From positions 1 through 53,745 of the forward strand of contig JBNJDP010000004.1 in NCBI GenBank assembly GCA_051744985.1: DNA of 53,745 nucleotides. Direction: 5' to 3'. Positions 19,717-29,865 of this stretch are shown in pieces. Both the position numbers and the translations under genes were made by a program. The number at the start of each line of letters is the position of its first letter. The first letter of the stretch is position 1. Under the pieces are notes generated by a model, which had not been told where the DNA came from, made no database searches, and worked only from the letters and a program-made list of their open reading frames with translations. The stretch comes from Chlamydiota bacterium (GTDB lineage: Bacteria > Chlamydiota > Chlamydiia > Chlamydiales > JABHNK01).

Positions 19717-20212
19717 GCCTATAGAAAATACTATGAGGGTCGCTAAAGCCCCAGGAGTATCGGTAGATTTTTTTGTTGAGGGCGATCTTATCACTAAGGT
19801 TGCCCTTAATCTTTCTAGCAATTTTGAATCCAGGGTTATCGGAAACCAGCATCTCAATGAATCTATTTTGGGATGGTTGGAAAGCTATCTCTCGATAGGG
19901 AATACCTCTTTAGACTTGCCTTTAGCACCTTTTAAGCTTCCTTCTTTTAGCAGGCAGGTTATGGCGGTTTTGCCTTCCATCCCTCGAGGACAGGTCTTGA
20001 CCTATCGGCAGCTTGCTGAAAAACTCGGCAATCCTAATGCTGCTCGTGCTGTTGGTAGGGCTTGTGGCTCCAATATCTATCCCTTAATTTTTCCTTGTCA
20101 CCGTGTTGTTGCTTCTAACGGTAAGATCGGCGGCTTCTCAGCAGGAGGTATTGAAGTTAAAAAACGCCTCCTGAACTTCGAAGCAGTAGGAAAAAATTAT
20201 TCTTCCTCTTGA
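19697..20212 (+). CDS. ogt: Methylated-DNA--protein-cysteine methyltransferase
   Basis: Active-site motif IFPCHRVV and helix-turn-wing LTYRQLAEKLGNPNAARAVGRACGSN. The start could alternatively be the internal ATG at 19733. Confidence 0.88.
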   Translation: MKKGTVKPIENTMRVAKAPGVSVDFFVEGDLITKVALNLSSNFESRVIGNQHLNESILGWLESYLSIGNTSLDLPLAPFKLPSFSRQVMAVLPSIPRGQVLTYRQLAEKLGNPNAARAVGRACGSNIYPLIFPCHRVVASNGKIGGFSAGGIEVKKRLLNFEAVGKNYSSS

Positions 20213-20376
20213 TGTTGCTCTTGCAATATTTCGTGAGCGGCAAGCTTGACGCTCTCTAATCCCTTTTCAAAACCTATAGTCTTTAAAAGGTTGTCGACAT
20301 AACTCAACTCGCTAGCCAACTGGTCGTTGGCAAATTCTAAATGGGCTATTTGTTTTCTAAGTTCTTGTTCTTTCAT
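20197..20376 (-). CDS. Unannotated small ORF (59 aa), predicted helical/coiled-coil with an acidic C-terminus
   Basis: Hand translation gives MKEQELRKQIAHLEFANDQLASELSYVDNLLKTIGFEKGLESVKLAAHEILQEQHQEEE*. GGAGG lies 7 nt upstream of the ATG at 20376. It is the only sizeable ORF in the 227-bp gap between ogt and rsmB, and it is preceded by a sigma-54-type promoter. It falls just below the ORF-track size cutoff. Confidence 0.6.
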   Translation of the reverse strand: MKEQELRKQIAHLEFANDQLASELSYVDNLLKTIGFEKGLESVKLAAHEILQEQHQEEE

Positions 20377-20408
20377 GACAGCACCTCCACATTCTTTACT
20401 TTTTTGAA

Positions 20409-20424
20409 TGCAAGAAGTGTGCCA
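20409..20424 (-). promoter_or_regulatory. Sigma-54 (-24/-12) promoter
   Basis: The minus strand reads TGGCAC-ACTTC-TTGCA, matching all 11 fixed positions of TGGCAC-N5-TTGCA with correct GG-N10-GC spacing. It lies 15 nt after the rsmB stop and 32 nt before the ATG of the 59-codon ORF. Confidence 0.65.
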
Positions 20425-20439
20425 AAGTTGGCGCGAAGG

Positions 20440-21651
20440 TTATTTTTTTCTTAGCAGCCCTAAATAGCCACCATCATACCCTTCGGAGTTGGGGGTGATA
20501 GTCTTTTGGAAGCAATTTTCTAAAGGGCAATGGTGGGAGGCCCAATGATATAGAGCCTGATTTTCTGTGGGGAGGATACTACACGTTAGATAGGCGAGAT
20601 AGCCGCCGGTTTTAAGGAGGTTAGAGGAGTGAGCTATCAATTGTTGTTGAGTTTTGTTGAGGTTATGGATGTTGTCAGGGGATAGTCGCCAGCGAGCTTC
20701 TGCTCTTCTAGCCAGTGTTCCGCTATTGCTACAAGGGACGTCGACGATAACAAGGTCGAATTTTTCTTCGGTTTGCAAATTCTGTCCTTGGGAGCATGTT
20801 AAGTGAACATCAAGTCCATATTTGTCGAAGTTTTCTTTCAATAGAGATAATTTTTGTTGAGAGACATCATTAGCATATAGAGTGGCGTTTGGGAAAAGGT
20901 CATGAGCCGCTAGAGTTTTTCCTCCTGGAGCAGCACACAGATCTAAAATAGTGCTAGGGGTACAGATCTTATCTTGTAGTGTAGCCATCAAAGTGGCAGG
21001 AGTGAGGTTTTGGATGTAATAGCCCTGAGACTGTGAGAGAAAAGGGATTAGTTTGGAGTCCTTGATAACCGCTAATTTTTCAGAACAGTATTTTAAGCCC
21101 TCGATATGAGGAAGGTCTTTTTGGCGGATCCTAACAGTGGTAGAAGGTGTAGCATTACCTGCAGCCAAGATATCCTTGACAACTTCTAGGCTATAGCTAG
21201 CGAGAAGTTCATCGATAAAATAAGAAGGGTAAGAGTAGGCAACATCCCAAGATGTGGGCGGTTCGATAGTAACTCTGGAAATATTGGCTAAGATGGCATG
21301 TAGGAAGGCTTTAAAGCGTGGGCGGCAGTGTTTAGTAGCGATTTTAAGGCTCTCATCGATAATAGCGTAGAGCGGTATCCTATCCATGAAATAATGCTGG
21401 TAAAGAGCTGTTCGTAGCAAAGCTCTTTCTTGGAGCTTGACCTTCAACTTTGAACTACCCGCCAATTGACGAGCGTAGTAGTCGAGGGTGAGAGCTCTTT
21501 TAAGGGTTCCGGAAGCAATCTCTCTTGCGAGATTATAATCAGGAGCAGAGGGAGACGAATGTCTTTGCCACTGCTCCAAAGTATCAGTAGCATAAAGGCT
21601 ACCTCGCAAGGATGCTAGCACCGCTTTGTAAGCGGCTTCGCGAGCGGTCAT
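20440..21651 (-). CDS. rsmB: 16S rRNA (cytosine-C5)-methyltransferase RsmB/Sun
   Basis: NusB-like N-terminal domain, SAM-binding LDLCAAPGGKT, and catalytic motifs DVPCSNSGT and YLTCSILPTEN. It overlaps the serS stop by 4 nt. Confidence 0.88.
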   Translation of the reverse strand: MTAREAAYKAVLASLRGSLYATDTLEQWQRHSSPSAPDYNLAREIASGTLKRALTLDYYARQLAGSSKLKVKLQERALLRTALYQHYFMDRIPLYAIIDESLKIATKHCRPRFKAFLHAILANISRVTIEPPTSWDVAYSYPSYFIDELLASYSLEVVKDILAAGNATPSTTVRIRQKDLPHIEGLKYCSEKLAVIKDSKLIPFLSQSQGYYIQNLTPATLMATLQDKICTPSTILDLCAAPGGKTLAAHDLFPNATLYANDVSQQKLSLLKENFDKYGLDVHLTCSQGQNLQTEEKFDLVIVDVPCSNSGTLARRAEARWRLSPDNIHNLNKTQQQLIAHSSNLLKTGGYLAYLTCSILPTENQALYHWASHHCPLENCFQKTITPNSEGYDGGYLGLLRKK

Positions 21652-22886
21652 GCTATCACTTCTTTGCCTACATAACTTTGAAGGACTTCAGGGACCTTAA
21701 TAGTTCCATCAGCTTGTTGATAGTTTTCCATAATGGCTATTAAAGTTCGTCCGATGGCGATGGTGGTATTGTTAAGGGTATGGACATAGTCTAAAGAGCC
21801 GTCGGACTTTTTATAGCGGATGTTTAGGCGGCGAGCTTGGTAGTCAGTAGTATTGGTCGCGCTGGTCATCTCACGATAAGCTTTGTCTACTGGAGAGAAG
21901 TATTCCAGGTCATACTTTATATAGCCTGGACCATTCATATCTCCAGAGCATATGTTGACGACACGATAAGGTATTTTTAGCCCTTGGTAAAGCTTTTCCG
22001 ACAAAGCAATAAATTGATCGAAGAGAGCCATAGATTCCTCAGGTTTAGCGAAGGCGAACATCTCAACCTTATCGAATTGGTGAACCCTAAAGATACCTTT
22101 TTTGTGCTTGCCATGGGCGCCGGCCTCTTTGCGGAAGCATGAGGAAAATCCTGCATATTTTTTGGGAAGTTGCTCTTCGGGAAGCACTTCTTTGGAGTGA
22201 TAGGCAGCTAGGGGCATCTCAGCGGTAGCTATCAAGAACAGCTCTTCGTCTTCAATCTTATAGATATCAGGAGCTTCACGCTTTGGTAAGTATCCAGTGC
22301 CTGAAGCCACCTCTTTTCTGATAAGTTCAGGGGTAATCATCGGTAAGAATCCTGCCGAAGTAACGATATCCATAGCGTATTTTATCAATGCGAATTCCAG
22401 CATGACGGCATCCCCGGTCAGAAAATAAAAACCGGAGCCAGAGATTTCAGCCGCCTTTTTGGTATTGAAAAGCTGTAATTTTTCACCCAACTCTTCATGG
22501 TCTAGGGGAGTGAAATCAAGTTCAGGGTTACCACCCCAGCGACGTATCTCTAGGTTATCATCATCATCTTGTCCTTTAGGTACATCGGGGTGTAGCATGT
22601 TGGGAACTGCTAGGTGGATCTCTTTAACATCTTCTGTAAGAGATTTTAGCTGGGCTTCGAGATCTTTAAGCTCGCCCTTGATCTCTTTGCTTCTTTGAAT
22701 ATTGTCTGGGGAATGTTTTTTGCTAAGCTGGTTCCTTTCAGCGCGTAGGTTTTCGACTTTCGTAACCAAAGCTAGCCGCTGGTTATCAAGCTCTATTAAT
22801 TTGTCGACTTCGACATCTACCCCTCTTTTAGAGAGCATAGCTTTGACGTCCTCGGCATGATCTTTAATATATTTTATATCCAACAT
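21648..22886 (-). CDS. serS: Serine--tRNA ligase
   Basis: 412 aa with an N-terminal coiled-coil arm (MLDIKYIKDH...) and class II motifs (..FRKEAGAHGKHKKGIFRVHQFDKVE.., ..NNTTIAIGRTLIAIMENYQ). Confidence 0.96.
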   Translation of the reverse strand: MLDIKYIKDHAEDVKAMLSKRGVDVEVDKLIELDNQRLALVTKVENLRAERNQLSKKHSPDNIQRSKEIKGELKDLEAQLKSLTEDVKEIHLAVPNMLHPDVPKGQDDDDNLEIRRWGGNPELDFTPLDHEELGEKLQLFNTKKAAEISGSGFYFLTGDAVMLEFALIKYAMDIVTSAGFLPMITPELIRKEVASGTGYLPKREAPDIYKIEDEELFLIATAEMPLAAYHSKEVLPEEQLPKKYAGFSSCFRKEAGAHGKHKKGIFRVHQFDKVEMFAFAKPEESMALFDQFIALSEKLYQGLKIPYRVVNICSGDMNGPGYIKYDLEYFSPVDKAYREMTSATNTTDYQARRLNIRYKKSDGSLDYVHTLNNTTIAIGRTLIAIMENYQQADGTIKVPEVLQSYVGKEVIA

Positions 22887-22896
22887 GGCTTTACTC

Positions 22897-24249
22897 CTAG
22901 ATGAATAAGCTTAACAATATAATACTTATGATTACGGGCGCTAAATATTTGATGATAAACTTCCACGCTTTGCCCAGTACCGTGAATTTACTTCGTCCTT
23001 TTTTCAGCTCTCGAAGAGCTTGATCGGCACCCCATATCCAACCGACAAAGATTGCTAGTAATAATCCCCCAACAACCATTCCTAAACTTCCCCAGGTGAA
23101 GTCCATAATATCGTAGAAACTTGTCTGGTCGATGAAATTAAAATGAAGAGTACTTAAAAAATTGTTGGCGCCTTTGGAAAGCCCCGAAGGAATGCCCAGC
23201 AATAAAGCCGCTCCACCTACTGTCCAAACCGCTTTCTTGCGTGACCAATGTCGGGAGTCTATCAAATATGCTACGGGGATTTCTAATAAGGCTATGCTTG
23301 TTGTCAGAGCAGCAAAGCCTAGCAAAATAAAAAAAGCTGAACCAAACAGCATCCCAAAAGGCATAGCTTTAAAGACCACAGGCAAGATCTTGAAGGTTAA
23401 CCCCACGCCTTGATCAGGTTGGTGACCAAAAGCGAATAGTGCCGGAAAAATTACTAGACCGGACATTATGGCTACCAAAGTGTCAAAAGCGGCAATATAT
23501 GTTGCAGATGATACCAGGTCTTCTTCGTTGTTGGCATAGCTGCCATAAGTGATTAAAACAGCTTCGCCGACACAAAGTGAAAAAAAAGCTTGGCTTAAGG
23601 CGTACAAGAAAATTTTTAGGTTGAGGCTGCTGAAATCGGGCTTGAGGTAAAAAGTAAGCCCCTCCATACAATTGGGTAGCGTCAGAGAACGAATTATTAA
23701 AATGACCAAAATGAAAAATAGGATAGGCATCAATATCTTGCTATAGCGCTCGATACCTTTGGTGATGCCTTTACTGACAATATAAATTACCAGCAACATG
23801 AAAATGAGCATCCCTGACAAGACGTAGAAAGGATTAGAGGCGTAATTTTCTAGCGTAATTTCGTGGCCAGTCATCATCTGGATAGTAAACCCAAAGGTCC
23901 AGCTAGCGACAACAGTGTAATAAGAAAGGATAAAAAAGGCTGTTAATATCCCCAGTGCTCCCACAAGCTTCCAGGGGCTTTTTTTGCCTTTTAGGTCTTC
24001 AATAGCACATACAGGGTTTTTATGAGTATGGCGTCCAAGGGCGAACTCTGTTAATATCATCGGCAACCCTAATACTGCTACGCAGACAAGGTATATCATC
24101 ACAAAAGCAGCTCCACCACATTGCGCGGTAATATAGGGAAAGCGTTGGATGTTCCCTAAACCTATCGCTGCCCCTGAGGTTGCTAGAATAAAGCCTAGTT
24201 GTGAGCCCCATTTGCTTCGGGGGCGCTGTTTTTTCATTTTGATTTCCAT
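22897..24249 (-). CDS. Sodium-dependent transporter, neurotransmitter:sodium symporter (SNF) family
   Basis: 450 aa with about 11-12 TM helices and the N-terminal signature WGSQLGFILATSGAAIGLGNIQRFPY. Confidence 0.85.
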   Translation of the reverse strand: MEIKMKKQRPRSKWGSQLGFILATSGAAIGLGNIQRFPYITAQCGGAAFVMIYLVCVAVLGLPMILTEFALGRHTHKNPVCAIEDLKGKKSPWKLVGALGILTAFFILSYYTVVASWTFGFTIQMMTGHEITLENYASNPFYVLSGMLIFMLLVIYIVSKGITKGIERYSKILMPILFFILVILIIRSLTLPNCMEGLTFYLKPDFSSLNLKIFLYALSQAFFSLCVGEAVLITYGSYANNEEDLVSSATYIAAFDTLVAIMSGLVIFPALFAFGHQPDQGVGLTFKILPVVFKAMPFGMLFGSAFFILLGFAALTTSIALLEIPVAYLIDSRHWSRKKAVWTVGGAALLLGIPSGLSKGANNFLSTLHFNFIDQTSFYDIMDFTWGSLGMVVGGLLLAIFVGWIWGADQALRELKKGRSKFTVLGKAWKFIIKYLAPVIISIILLSLFI

Positions 24250-24295
24250 AATCTGTTAAAGTTCATGATATTATGCCTTAAAAAGATTTTTTTCG

Positions 24296-26281
24296 CTAGC
24301 CTAGACTGATCTCAAGTTTTTGGTATTTTCTCATAAGGTCTCGATATTTTGCTGCTTGCTCGAAGTTATAATTTTTAGCGGCTTCACTCATCAAAGATGT
24401 GTATTCTTTGATTTTCTTCTGAACTTCTTCCGAAGAGAGAAGCTTCTCCTCGATGTTAGCTTGAGGTTTTTTAATTGCAACAGCATTGAGAGCTATTTCT
24501 GCAGGGATTTCCCGTCTGACAGTTTGAGGGGTAATGCCGTGTTGGAGGTTATAAGCCTCTTGGATTTTGCGGCGCTCTTGAGTAATCGTAACAGTATTTT
24601 TAATGGAGGAGGTTATCTTGTCGGCGTACATGATTACCCGACCTTCAGCATTACGAGCTGCTCGTCCACAGGTTTGGATGAGTGATGTTTCGCTGCGCAA
24701 AAAGCCTTCTTTATCAGCATCGAGGATAGCTACTAGTGATACTTCAGGGATATCGAGACCTTCTCGTAGAAGGTTGATGCCTACTAAAACATCGAATGTT
24801 CCGCTGCGCAGCTCCCTGATAATTTGAATTCTTTCTAGGGTGTCGATATCGGAATGGAGGTATTTAGCTTTAACTCCGAGATCTTTAAGATATTGTGTCA
24901 GTTCTTCAGCAAGCCGTTTAGTGAGGGTAGTAACTAGGACTCTTCCTCCCTGCTCGGAATGGGTGCGAATTTCATCTAAACAATCGTCGACTTGGTTTTC
25001 TGATGGTCGCAGTTCGATTTCGGGATCTAAAAGGCCTGTAGGCCTTATGATCTGTTCTATAACTTCTCCTTGTGCTTGTCGGACTTCCCATGGTGAAGGT
25101 GTAGCAGAGACATAAACAGCTTGGTCGATACGTTGGAAGAATTCTTCAAAAGATAGAGGGCGGTTATCATAAGACGATGGGAGGCGGAAGCCAAAATCTA
25201 CTAGGGCACTTTTACGAGCGCGATCGCCGTTATACATAGCATGGAGTTGAGGTAGCGTCTGGTGGGACTCATCGATAAAGATTAGGTAATCCTGGGGGAA
25301 GTAGTCCAACAGACAAGGCGGAGGTTCCCCAGCTTCACGGCCACTGAAATGGCGCGAGTAGTTTTCTATACCTTTACAATAGCCGACTTCTTTGATCATT
25401 TCGAGGTCATGCATAGTACGCTGTTTTAAGCGTTGTAGCTCGAGAAGCTGTTGATTTTTTTTAAAAAATTCTAGCCGCTCATAGAGCTCGGTTCTGATGG
25501 AAGTCATAGCTTGCTCACGAATTCCTTCGGGGGTCACAAAGTGAGAACCAGGATAAAGGGTAAGGCTGTCAGGGCGTGTTAAAACTTTACCAGTAAGGGG
25601 GTCGATCTCGCTGATAGCTTCAATTTCATTACCAAAGAATTCCAAGCGTATTGCCAAAGATTCTTCATAGGCAGGAAAGATTTCTATAATATCGCCGCGC
25701 ACCCTAAAGGTGCCTCGCCGAAAGTCTAGGTCGTTGCGGGGATAGTGCATTTCTACCAGCTGGAGAAGAAGATCATCGCGTTGCCGCTCTTGGCCTACTT
25801 TTAAGGGTAAGTTTAGGCTATCATAATATTCGGGTGATCCTAGTCCATATATACACGATACCGAAGCGATAATAAGCACATCTTGCCGCTCTAGTAACGA
25901 GCGTGTGGCGCTAAGGCGCATCCTCTCGATTTGCTCGTTGATGGCCATATCTTTTTCGATAAAAGTATCAGTGCGAGGAATATAAGCTTCTGGCTGATAA
26001 TAGTCGTAGTAGGAGACAAAGTATTCTACAGCATTGTTGGGGAAGAAGTTTTTGAATTCCTGGTAAAGTTGAGCTGCCAAAGTCTTGTTGTGGGCGATAA
26101 CTAATGAAGGCTTCTGGATTTCAGCGATAACATTGGCGATAGTAAAAGTCTTGCCTGATCCGGTAATTCCTAGCAAAACTTGGGCCTTGTTTCCGGCATG
26201 AATATTTCTGCTGAGGCGTTCTATAGCTTGAGGCTGGTCGCCAAAAGGCGATAAATTTGTGTGTAGCTCAAACATAGACAC
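24296..26281 (-). CDS. uvrB: Excinuclease ABC subunit B
   Basis: 661 aa with Walker [11 protein letters not shown], helicase motifs, and a C-terminal UVR domain ([15 protein letters not shown]). Confidence 0.97.
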   Translation of the reverse strand: MSMFELHTNLSPFGDQPQAIERLSRNIHAGNKAQVLLGITGSGKTFTIANVIAEIQKPSLVIAHNKTLAAQLYQEFKNFFPNNAVEYFVSYYDYYQPEAYIPRTDTFIEKDMAINEQIERMRLSATRSLLERQDVLIIASVSCIYGLGSPEYYDSLNLPLKVGQERQRDDLLLQLVEMHYPRNDLDFRRGTFRVRGDIIEIFPAYEESLAIRLEFFGNEIEAISEIDPLTGKVLTRPDSLTLYPGSHFVTPEGIREQAMTSIRTELYERLEFFKKNQQLLELQRLKQRTMHDLEMIKEVGYCKGIENYSRHFSGREAGEPPPCLLDYFPQDYLIFIDESHQTLPQLHAMYNGDRARKSALVDFGFRLPSSYDNRPLSFEEFFQRIDQAVYVSATPSPWEVRQAQGEVIEQIIRPTGLLDPEIELRPSENQVDDCLDEIRTHSEQGGRVLVTTLTKRLAEELTQYLKDLGVKAKYLHSDIDTLERIQIIRELRSGTFDVLVGINLLREGLDIPEVSLVAILDADKEGFLRSETSLIQTCGRAARNAEGRVIMYADKITSSIKNTVTITQERRKIQEAYNLQHGITPQTVRREIPAEIALNAVAIKKPQANIEEKLLSSEEVQKKIKEYTSLMSEAAKNYNFEQAAKYRDLMRKYQKLEISLG

Positions 26282-26300
26282 CCTTATGATTTAACATCAG

Positions 26301-27356
26301 TTATTTATCACGCCTTTGTCTTGCTAGTCGAGAAATTTTATTCCAGCAGCCACTAATTCCCATAGCGCTGCGCATCTCTTTGATGGTTTCTTCTGCTAGC
26401 TTATTTGTTTTTAGGGTTCCTTCATAGATGATCTGCTCTACTAGGCCTTTTTCGCTGGCGAACATTTTCCTTTTCTCTCTAATAGGTTCTAGATAGTTGT
26501 TAAGAGCGGCAGCTAATTTGTCTTTGACCTCAACATCCCCGACAGTTCCTTGGCGATAGCGTTCTTTGAGGTCGTTGATTTCCTCAGTATTGGAATTGAA
26601 AAGATCGTGATAAATAAATACTGGATTGCCTTCAACATTTCCTGGAACGTTGGCATGGACCCTGTTAGGGTCGGTATACATCCCTTTAACCTTTTTTGTG
26701 ACAGTTTTTGCATCATCAGAAAGATAGATGGCATTGCCCGCTGATTTGCTCATCTTGCCTTTGCCGTTAGTGCCTATAAGGGTGGGATGGGCGCTGAGCA
26801 TGACCTCGGGGGCAGGAAAAACTTCCCCGTAATATTGGTTGAACTTACGTGCAATATCACGAGCTAGTTCAACATGAGCTTCGTTGTCCTTGCCAACAGG
26901 TATTATATGCGATCGCAGCATCAAAATGTCAGCACTCATCAACACAGGGTATCCTAATAGTCCTAAAGGCATATTATTTTCGTCTAAGTGAGCATTATGG
27001 GCCATCTCTTTCAAGCTTGGCAGGCCCGTAAGCCTATTAGTATTGACAAGCATTTCGAAGAATAGATTCATCTCGTAAACTGCTGGAATGGCTGATTGCA
27101 GATAAATAGTAGACTTCTCGGGGTCGATGCCGCAAGCTAGGTAGTCTAAGACCATATCTTTGATGTTTTCGCGCATTGCTAAGATATTTTCTTTTTGCGG
27201 CTTAGTAGTCAACATATGCAAGTCGGCGATAAAAAAGTAACAGTCATAATTATCTTGAAGAGCTACTCGATTTTTTATCGATCCGATATAATGGCCGAGA
27301 TGTAGCTTTCCTGTAGGGCGGTCGCCGGTGAGTATTTTTTTCTGAGGGGCGTTCAT
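26301..27356 (-). CDS. trpS: Tryptophan--tRNA ligase
   Basis: 351 aa with a HIGH-type motif ([11 protein letters not shown]) and KMSKS. Its ATG overlaps the upstream permease stop (ATGA). Confidence 0.95.
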   Translation of the reverse strand: MNAPQKKILTGDRPTGKLHLGHYIGSIKNRVALQDNYDCYFFIADLHMLTTKPQKENILAMRENIKDMVLDYLACGIDPEKSTIYLQSAIPAVYEMNLFFEMLVNTNRLTGLPSLKEMAHNAHLDENNMPLGLLGYPVLMSADILMLRSHIIPVGKDNEAHVELARDIARKFNQYYGEVFPAPEVMLSAHPTLIGTNGKGKMSKSAGNAIYLSDDAKTVTKKVKGMYTDPNRVHANVPGNVEGNPVFIYHDLFNSNTEEINDLKERYRQGTVGDVEVKDKLAAALNNYLEPIREKRKMFASEKGLVEQIIYEGTLKTNKLAEETIKEMRSAMGISGCWNKISRLARQRRDK

Positions 27357-28576
27357 TGTGTTATCTCCATGATTGATAAGATTCCTGTTTTAACGACCAT
27401 CTCTATTGCTATAATTGCAATGCTGATGATGAAAACCATAATTAATGCAGCCTTGCCACCAGGAGCTTGATAAGCTCCCTCAACCTTCATCTTATAGCGC
27501 CCTGACCATACCATCGCAGCCGGCAGCAAGCACAACAAGGTTATTACGCCAAAAGCTCCAGCGTACTCTAAGGCTGTTAAAAAAGCTCTAGGGTAGGTCA
27601 AAGCTACTGTTAGCGGTGGTAAAAAGGCAATGCATGCTAATAAGAGCTTGCCTGAAGGGGTCTTTTTTACTTTTAGGCCATCGGCTAAAAAATCAGTTAA
27701 GCTTAGCGAAACCCCCAAGAAAGAGGTTACGATAGCAAAGAATGCTAGAAAGTTGGAAACAACAGAGATCCAAGGTTCTTGAAGGATTTCCTGCATAGGT
27801 TTTATAGCACTTGTACCTTTTATCCATGCTTCGGTGAGACCCGGAGACCCGTTCATGGGAAGTACTCCTAGAACGATGAACTCCCAGAGGATATACACCA
27901 AAAAAGGAATGATACTTCCAATAAATAAGGAGGTTTTCATCTTGGGAAGGTCGCGCTTGAAATAAGATGTCAAGGTTGGAATGATGATATGATAACCAAA
28001 GGAAGTGACAATTACTGAGAAGGCCAACGGCATATAGGCAAAATTGGTTTCCTCAAGAAGTTGCTTATCAACATGAGGGGTGATGAAAATAATTATAATA
28101 AAATAGGTCACCGCCAGCCCTACCATCAAGGCTCTGTTAAGATGGTCAACAGCGCTAGTACCTTGGTACACAAAGTACCCGAAAATCATTAGAAAAGGTA
28201 TAGGGCCTAGCCAACTAGGGATTGGCATGCCAGTAGCAGCTTTCAAAAAGGTTACTAGTAAATCTGAGCCCAATGAGATATAGGCGGTGTTAAGAAGATA
28301 AAGTAAAAAAAGATAAGCGCTCCACGCTAAAGCTTTGCCGACACCTCCTAAGGTGTACTCAGCCATCGTAATCAAGTTTTCTTCTTTTTCTTGGTATAGG
28401 TTGACTTCAAGCATTAAAAAAGCTGTGTAAAGCATTAAACCCCAGATGATCAGGAAAGCAAGAAGTGCGGGATAAAACCCGGCAATACCGGTAGAGATAG
28501 GCAGAGCCAACATTCCAGCGCCTATGGTTGTCCCTGCTACAAGCAAGATCCCTCCTAAGAGTTTGCTATGTTTCAT
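27353..28576 (-). CDS. tyrP: Aromatic amino-acid (Tyr/Trp) permease, HAAAP family, copy 2
   Basis: 407 aa with 11 predicted TM helices and the N-terminal signature [20 protein letters not shown]. It is a paralogue of the adjacent gene. Confidence 0.85.
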   Translation of the reverse strand: MKHSKLLGGILLVAGTTIGAGMLALPISTGIAGFYPALLAFLIIWGLMLYTAFLMLEVNLYQEKEENLITMAEYTLGGVGKALAWSAYLFLLYLLNTAYISLGSDLLVTFLKAATGMPIPSWLGPIPFLMIFGYFVYQGTSAVDHLNRALMVGLAVTYFIIIIFITPHVDKQLLEETNFAYMPLAFSVIVTSFGYHIIIPTLTSYFKRDLPKMKTSLFIGSIIPFLVYILWEFIVLGVLPMNGSPGLTEAWIKGTSAIKPMQEILQEPWISVVSNFLAFFAIVTSFLGVSLSLTDFLADGLKVKKTPSGKLLLACIAFLPPLTVALTYPRAFLTALEYAGAFGVITLLCLLPAAMVWSGRYKMKVEGAYQAPGGKAALIMVFIISIAIIAIEMVVKTGILSIMEITQ

Positions 28577-28592
28577 ATTATATAGGTCCTTA

Positions 28593-29840
28593 TTATTCTT
28601 GAATTATATCTATCTCTTCTATTCCCGGCAGGGTTTCCTCGGACTGCGATAGCGGAGAGTAACCAAACTCTTGAATCCCTTCCAAAGAGAATACTATTAC
28701 CGCAGCGATTATTACTATTATTAAAGCTGTTTTTCCTCCTGGAAGAGGGTTGTCAAGCTGCATATTCTTTTTATACCTGCCAGACCATGCCATCAGAGCA
28801 GGTAAAATCCAGAATAGAATAACAGCGCCAAAACCTCCTGCGTAGTTGATGGCCGTTAAAAAAACGTTAGGGTGGGTGACAGCAATAATAAAAGGAGGGA
28901 TAAAGACAATCCCACAGAGAGCCGCCTTACCGAGAGTCGTCTTTTTTATGCTAAGGCCATCAGCCATAAAGTCTACAAAGCTTAAGGCAACACCTAACAA
29001 GGATGTTACTACTGCAAAGAAACCAAAAAAATCAGCTATGGTGATAATCAAGGGGCTGCCTACGGCGTTTCTTAGAGCATGGGTAGCAATATCACCATCC
29101 TGAAGAGCAGTAGCAATACCTCCGATAGGGATAATTCCCATAACCATTCCGCACCATAAGATATAGACGATTAAAGGTATGGCGCTGCCTACAATTATGG
29201 CTATCCGCAATCTTTTTGCATTACCTTTAAGGTAATCATTTAAACTGGGAATGAGATTATGGTAGCCAAAAGAGGTTATTAATACAGGAGTAACCCATGG
29301 AGCAATATTCCAGCGCTTATAAGTAAGAAATGATGGTGTCACATGCCCGCTGCCAACAAAGATCAAGGCAATATAAGTTATTACTAAGCCCAGGATTAAG
29401 TAACGGTTGAACCCGTCAACATGTCTGGTTCCTAAAAAAATCAGAAAACTGAATAAAAGAGTGAAAAATAAACTGCCTACCCACTCCGGCAGCGAGCTAG
29501 CAAAACAGTAGTTATAAAAGCCGCTGATCAACCCTCCACTACCAGCAATATAGGCGATCATTAAAGAATAAAATAAAAATAAGTATATTATCCAAGCAAC
29601 AGCCTTTCCTGCTCGCCCCAGGGTTCTTTCAGCCATAGTGATGATGCTGATATTTTCACCATACCATAAATTGACTTCCAGTAATAGTAATCCTGTATAG
29701 GTCATAAATAGCCATACAACTAATAACATCACTAAAGAGGGTAGAAATCCCGATAGTCCTGTAATTACAGGTATGGCAAGCATTCCGGCGCCAATGCAGC
29801 AGCCAGCTACTAAGAGTATTCCTCCAAAAGTTTTATTCAT
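28593..29840 (-). CDS. tyrP: Aromatic amino-acid (Tyr/Trp) permease, HAAAP family, copy 1
   Basis: 415 aa with [20 protein letters not shown] and the same helix pattern as the downstream copy. The two copies have diverged, with no long identical DNA stretch seen. Confidence 0.85.
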   Translation of the reverse strand: MNKTFGGILLVAGCCIGAGMLAIPVITGLSGFLPSLVMLLVVWLFMTYTGLLLLEVNLWYGENISIITMAERTLGRAGKAVAWIIYLFLFYSLMIAYIAGSGGLISGFYNYCFASSLPEWVGSLFFTLLFSFLIFLGTRHVDGFNRYLILGLVITYIALIFVGSGHVTPSFLTYKRWNIAPWVTPVLITSFGYHNLIPSLNDYLKGNAKRLRIAIIVGSAIPLIVYILWCGMVMGIIPIGGIATALQDGDIATHALRNAVGSPLIITIADFFGFFAVVTSLLGVALSFVDFMADGLSIKKTTLGKAALCGIVFIPPFIIAVTHPNVFLTAINYAGGFGAVILFWILPALMAWSGRYKKNMQLDNPLPGGKTALIIVIIAAVIVFSLEGIQEFGYSPLSQSEETLPGIEEIDIIQE

Positions 29841-29865
29841 AACGAGGGGGGGTTGGGTAATCTTG

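Noticed and set aside
20132-20172. CAGGAGG...CCTCCTG inverted repeat inside the ogt 3' end as a terminator for the sigma-54-driven small ORF
   Set aside because: It has an 18-nt loop and no T-run after the stem on the minus strand, so it is not a convincing intrinsic terminator.
28223-28238. TGGCATGCCAGTAGCA (GG-N10-GC) on the plus strand
   Set aside because: It lies inside the tyrP coding region on the antisense strand, has two further consensus mismatches, and has no downstream plus-strand gene.
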